Shown here in pieces: positions 58,981-64,000 of a DNA stretch of 64,000 nt. Location of the stretch: positions 48,610,001 through 48,674,000 of the forward strand of contig NC_058368.1 of assembly GCF_018350175.1 (NCBI RefSeq), in the 5' to 3' direction. The notes under the pieces are model-generated. The model ran no database searches. It saw only the letters and a list, made by a program, of their open reading frames with translations, and was not told the DNA's origin. A program made the translations under genes and the position numbers. This DNA comes from Felis catus (lineage: Eukaryota). How positions within the stretch are numbered: the stretch's first letter is position 1; every line of letters begins with the position of its first letter.

Positions 58981-60411
58981 TTTTCTAGTTACAAAAATGC
59001 CAACAGACAGAAGCATCTTTTTAGCATCAATCTGACAAACACGCGGGAATGTTTTTAACCAACTTCCACTTAACTGTTCAGATGAACCAACGACCTCCAT
59101 TCCCGTTGTAAGTCATACTGACTGATGCACCAGGAACAGTCCGACCAGCGGGCTCCTTCCTGAGCAGGCTGAGAACCTCTCCCGCATTCAGCTGAACCGC
59201 ACTTCTAGTAAGAATAGCACGGATCCTAAACCCGCGTATGCAGTCACACCTTATTATAATGTGATTTTCTTAAGTGACGCGTTACTTAGATAAATGAAAT
59301 AGGAGGATGAAAAGATGCCTGTGGGTTTCTATAAAAAGCAAGTTGAATGCCTGGAAAACTTCCAAAGATTAGTTCATAAAAGATACAATTTTTTAAAAAC
59401 TGGCACTGAATAAGGTATGGGCCTCATAATTGTACAACAATGGGAAAAATTAATCATAATTAACTGCAAGAGCGTGTCCAAGTTTTTACTTCAAAGTCAG
59501 AAAAAACAGACAATCCACTATGGGTTTGGTTTTGGTAAGAAACATCTGTGGATCCACACTAGGAGAAAAAGTCGAGGCCTTGTATCAAAGGTTTGTCAGA
59601 AAGTATGTATTTGCAAGTTTATGTTTGAATAAAATATTTGATATGTGTATATCACTTTTATGCTCCTCTACTCTTACAACTTTTTTGACTAACTGACCAA
59701 CTATTGATTTTTATTTCTTTCATTTATTTCTTTCCACTGTATTCATTAGTATGCCTACTATGTGCCAAGCACTATAACAGGGGCTGTGAATACAAAGAAA
59801 AAGGTTTTGGCCCTCCAAAAAGCCAAAATTTAATGGGGTAGAAGGAATGCTAACAAATAACAACAATCCATTATACTAAGCATCATAAGTAAATGTTAAG
59901 TGCCAAAAAAAAAAAAAAAAAAAAAATCTAACGTAGTCTAGAGAGCAATGGAGTGAGTTCAATGAACCAGACAGACTTTAGATGAGGCCAGGAGAGAGAG
60001 TACAAGTGATATGTATTAGGTGGGAAGACACATTCTGACAGAGCGCATGTGCAAAAGCAGGGGAGCGCTAAAAAGTGCTGGGGGTCCCCTAACACCAAAG
60101 TTCCCAAATTGTGAAGAGGCTGGAAAGGTAGGGCAGGAGCTGACCTGTGGGGTACAAAGTTATCTAAGTTTCAGACATAAATGACAGGGAATCATTATAT
60201 TTTAAACAAAAGAATGACAGAGTCATACTTGTATTTCAGCCCAGCATCTTTTCTAAGCAGTTTAGAAAACAAATGGAAGTAAAGATACCAGTTATGAGAC
60301 TATGAAAATAATCTATTAAAAAAAATAAAATCACAGCAGAACAATACTAAGGAGGTAAAATCAGATGACAGATAGAAGGGTGAGTGAAAACAAGTCAAAA
60401 ATTGAGAATCT

Positions 60412-60638
60412 GGGGCGCTTGGGTGGCTCAGTCGTTAAGCGTCCGATTTCAGCTCAAGTCACGATCTCACAATTCAGGCGTTCAAGCCCCACATCAGGCT
60501 CTGTGCTGACAGCTCAGAGCCTGGAGCCTGCTTCGGATTCTGTGCCTCCCTCTCTCTCTGCCTCTCCCCCACTTGTACTCCTCTCTCTCTCTCTCTCTCT
60601 CTCTCAACAATAAATACACATTAAAAAAGAAGAATTAA
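60412..60638 (+). mobile_element. Can-SINE (first of tandem pair)
   Basis: The pair is jointly flanked by TSD aaaattgagaatc. Confidence 0.92.
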
Positions 60639-60639
60639 A

Positions 60640-60866
60640 GGGGCACTTGGGTGGCTCAATTGGGTAAGTGCCAACTTTGGCCCATGTCATGATCCCATGG
60701 TTGGTGAGTTTGAGCCCCTCATCAAGCTCTGCGCTGACAGCTCAGAGCCTGGAGCCTGCTTCGGATTCTGTGTCTCCCTCTCTCTCTCTGACCCTTCCTT
60801 TGTTCATGCTCTCTCTGTCTCTCAAAAATAAACAAACATTTAAAAACATTTTTTTTTAATAAAAAA
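60640..60866 (+). mobile_element. Can-SINE (second of tandem pair, probably inserted in the tail of the first)
   Basis: Full body and tail. Confidence 0.92.
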
Positions 60867-61919
60867 AAATTGAGAATCAAGGGTTGGGAATTTAGCAGCT
60901 GACAGTGAAAAATGTATTAACAAAAATAGGAAATGAAAGCTTTCTGAAGAAACATAAAGAGCACAGTTGTGAATATGATGATTTTGAAATGCTATTATAT
61001 ATCCAGATGGAGATATTTAATAGGGTGTTGGCCTTCCACGTCTAGTAATCCAGAGGTGAAGGTGTCTTTCTAGGACTCATGACCATACAGATAGAATTTG
61101 AAGATGCAGAAACAAATGGGCACACTAAGAAAGGAGAGAGAAAGATGACACACTTCCAAATACCAACTTTGGGGCCAAAAAGAGAAGGAGTAACCAATAC
61201 AGGAGACTAACAAGTAACCAAAAGGAACAAGCAGGAATGTGGGAATGATATGGAAAGGGAAGTTAAAGAAGTAACCAACCATGTCAAAAACAAAAGCAAG
61301 GTCAAATAAGATCACCAATGAAACTATTGTACTTAGCAGTTAAGAGATTACTAGCAAAAGAAGCCTGAGCTTAGTCAATGGAGATGAAAACAGACATGGG
61401 AGACATGGTGATGGCACTGACCTCAGAAAAGCCAGGAAGTAACCAGATTCTGAGAGCACTGATGCCAGGGCACCCCTAACCCAGAGAAACTTACCTGCCT
61501 GCAAGCAGGAGGGAAGGAGGTGCATAGCACTAGATAGTGACAGGGCTACAAACTGGTCAAGTGAGAAGCTGAGATGTTCTTGACCTACAGACACCTATTG
61601 TTTCAAGGACACAGACATTAATCGGGTGACAGTGAGAATGGCATTGTTTGGTAGAAGGAATGAGAAAGGCAGTGAAGTTTCAAAACTCTCCCTGTGGGCA
61701 ATACAGGGGACCTCCTGAGACTCTGGGAGTGGGTCTGGAACATTTCCCTCATGGAAAAACACAAGGTCATTTCATGATGGAAAAATTATCAGTGTACATG
61801 TTTATAGAATCATGGGTGGCAAGTTATTAATAAACTTAGCACCCAAAAGTCACTATGAACAAGTCAAAAAAGATATTTTTCTAATATACTCTTGAAACAC
61901 ATAAAATGTTAATAAAACA

Positions 61920-62128
61920 GGGGTGCCTGGGTGGCTCAGTCGGTTAAGTGTCTGACTTCAGCTCAGGTCATGATCTCACAGTTCATGAGTTCGAGCCCCA
62001 CGATGGACTCTGTGCTGACAGTTTGAAGCCCAGAGCCTGCTTTGGATTCTGTGTCTCCCTCTCTCTACCCTCCCTCTTTCTCTCTCTCTCTCTCTAATAT
62101 AAACATTTAAAAAAAATTAAAAAATATA
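61920..62128 (+). mobile_element. Can-SINE
   Basis: TSD ttaataaaaca. Confidence 0.93.
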
Positions 62129-63089
62129 TTAATAAAACATAAACACTATCCAAATAGAACTGAAACTAAAACATACAGCATTACACCTTTACAGAGTTGT
62201 GATGCTCTACATAGTATTAACCACCAGACCTTACTAAATAATGCATGTTAAACACGACACCTACGTAACAATTTAATGATTATGACGATGTGGGAGAGCT
62301 ATATGAAAATGATATAGTGTTTTGGTCTAGAAACATAAGCCAAATAATCTATAGGATCCTAATTTCCAGGGACTTTATAATACAATTTATACCATTTAAT
62401 GCTGGCCGAGATACACTCGGGTATATTTCATTAAAACCAGAAAGAAAAAGAAATAACACATACAAAAGGAAAAATCACTACTTTACATGGCAGGTAGCAA
62501 ACCTACATAAAATTAATCTGTGCGAGAATTATTTTTAATGGATGGTGAACTAAAATGGACTCAAAAGAAACAAGTGGTAGTTTAAGACATGAAGATGTCA
62601 GTGGGCTATGTTAAAAAGGCAACCACGTCATGGTGTCATCAGAGACAAGACTCTCCCTGACTGGCCGGGAGTCTGACCCTGTATAATGATTTTAAATTGG
62701 TGCTGATGGAAAACTATGAGCAACTCTTCACGTATAAACAAAAGAATGTAAAATACAATGTCAATCTAATAAATAGCACCTCCCAAATTTTCCTTCCCCT
62801 TAGAACTGAACAATCTACCACAAAAACTTACACTACATTATGGAAATGCAGGAATAGTGTTCAGCCTTCTCCACTCAACCTGAGTTCTCTCTCTATAAAG
62901 GAAATTTTATCTGAAAATACAAATTTACCTGGAAATAAGAGGAAAGCAGATCCATGCCACCTAACTTCTCACCAAATTACATTCCATCTTTACTATTACT
63001 TAAGTGTTTGCATATTATCATGCCTTTCTTTTATACCTATTAGCACTTAACAGAGTCTGGTATATGGCAGATGTTCATTGAAAACACAA

Positions 63090-63379
63090 CGTAGGGTGTG
63101 GCGGTGGGAGAAATGGGTAAAAGTGGTCAAAAGGTACAAATTTCCAATTATAAAACAAACATGTCCTGCGGATGTAACGTACAGCCAGTGAATATAGTTT
63201 AAAATACTGTATTGTACGGGCACCTGGATGGCTCAGTTGGTCGAACATCCAACTCGTGGTTTCAGCTCAGGTCATGATCTCACAACTTGTGAGCTCAAGC
63301 CCCCCATCAAGCTCTGTACTGACAGCATGGAGCCTACCTGGGATTCTCTCTCTCCCCCCTTCCCCTGCTCATGCTCTCT

Positions 63380-63450
<71 letters not shown>

Positions 63451-63533
63451 GAAGGAAGGAAGGAAGGAAGGAAGGAAGGAAGGAAGGAAGGAAGGAAGGA
63501 AGGAAGGAAGGAAGGAAGGAAGGAAGGAAGGAA

Positions 63534-63605
<72 letters not shown>

Positions 63606-63850
63606 AGAAGAAAGAAAGAGAGAAAGAAAAAAAAAAGAAAAGTAGATACTGTATTGTATATTCAAAAGTTGCTAAGAGAGTATATCTTCCAAGTTCTTAT
63701 TACAAGAAAAAGAAATGTGTTAACTGTATGTAGCAATGGATCTTAACTATACTTATTGTGATGATCGTTTCACAATATATACTAACACTGAATCATTACG
63801 TCGTACACCTGAAATTAACATGTTATGTCAATTATATGTCAATATTTTTA
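63090..63850 (+). mobile_element. L1MA-type 3' end (interrupted by SINE)
   Basis: 'gaaatgggtaaaagtggtcaaaaggtacaaa', 'aaagttgctaagagagta', 'tacacctgaaa...tatgtcaattatat'. Confidence 0.88.
63218..63644 (+). mobile_element. Can-SINE with tail expanded into (GAAA)n(GGAA)n(GAAA)n
   Basis: TSD atactgtattgta; purine-only tract at 63380-63642. Confidence 0.92.
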
Positions 63851-64000
63851 AAGAAAATTAATGAAAACATGATAAAAATAATAAAAGCATGATCACTTTG
63901 ATAAAAATGCATGAATTCTTGCCAACTCCTGATCTTTACCATTTCCAAGATACTCATAGAATACACATTTATATAAAAGATTACTCTCCTTAACTATATA

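Larger units (their letters stand above)
59720..61450 (-). mobile_element. L2 remnant (long, interrupted by two SINEs)
   Basis: 'tgcctactatgtgccaagcact', 'gcatgtgcaaaagc', 'ttttgaaatgctattatatatccagatggagat', 'aaggtcaaataagat' are reverse L2 segments. Confidence 0.8.

Noticed and set aside
63228..63746. Longest ORF, 172 aa with KERK/KEGR repeats
   Set aside because: SINE head read through a stop-free tetranucleotide repeat into L1 sequence.

Overview
Mammalian genomic DNA from a cat (Felidae). The evidence is about 34 tRNA-derived Can-SINEs, five of them near-consensus young SINEC_Fc-type copies. The window is AT-rich and repeat-dense, with SINEs, MIR, L2, old L1M fragments, MaLR LTRs, hAT/Tigger DNA transposons and microsatellites. 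I found no recognisable protein-coding exon, RNA gene, CpG island or CRISPR-like array, and no gene symbol can be supported. The supplied ORFs are repeat-derived or look like chance ORFs. Nearly all L1 remnants lie on +, and + looks A/C-rich by eye, which suggests (inference) a long intron of a minus-strand gene. The most interesting unexplained structure is at 57.1-58.1 kb: a ~120-bp-arm inverted repeat (44/50 identity in the core) overlapping a degenerate ~199-bp-period direct repeat with internal hairpins, next to a CR1/L3-like reverse-transcriptase fossil and a CpG-rich patch. Also notable are a candidate internal promoter/exon cluster at 53.1-54.9 kb, several minus-strand micro-exon candidates, and clear retrotransposition footprints (a tail-only insertion, a re-used target site, a chimeric SINE). 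I cannot support a claim of a new biological system. Repeat family names were recognised by eye from remembered consensus sequences and need RepeatMasker/Dfam confirmation; boundaries of old repeats are approximate.
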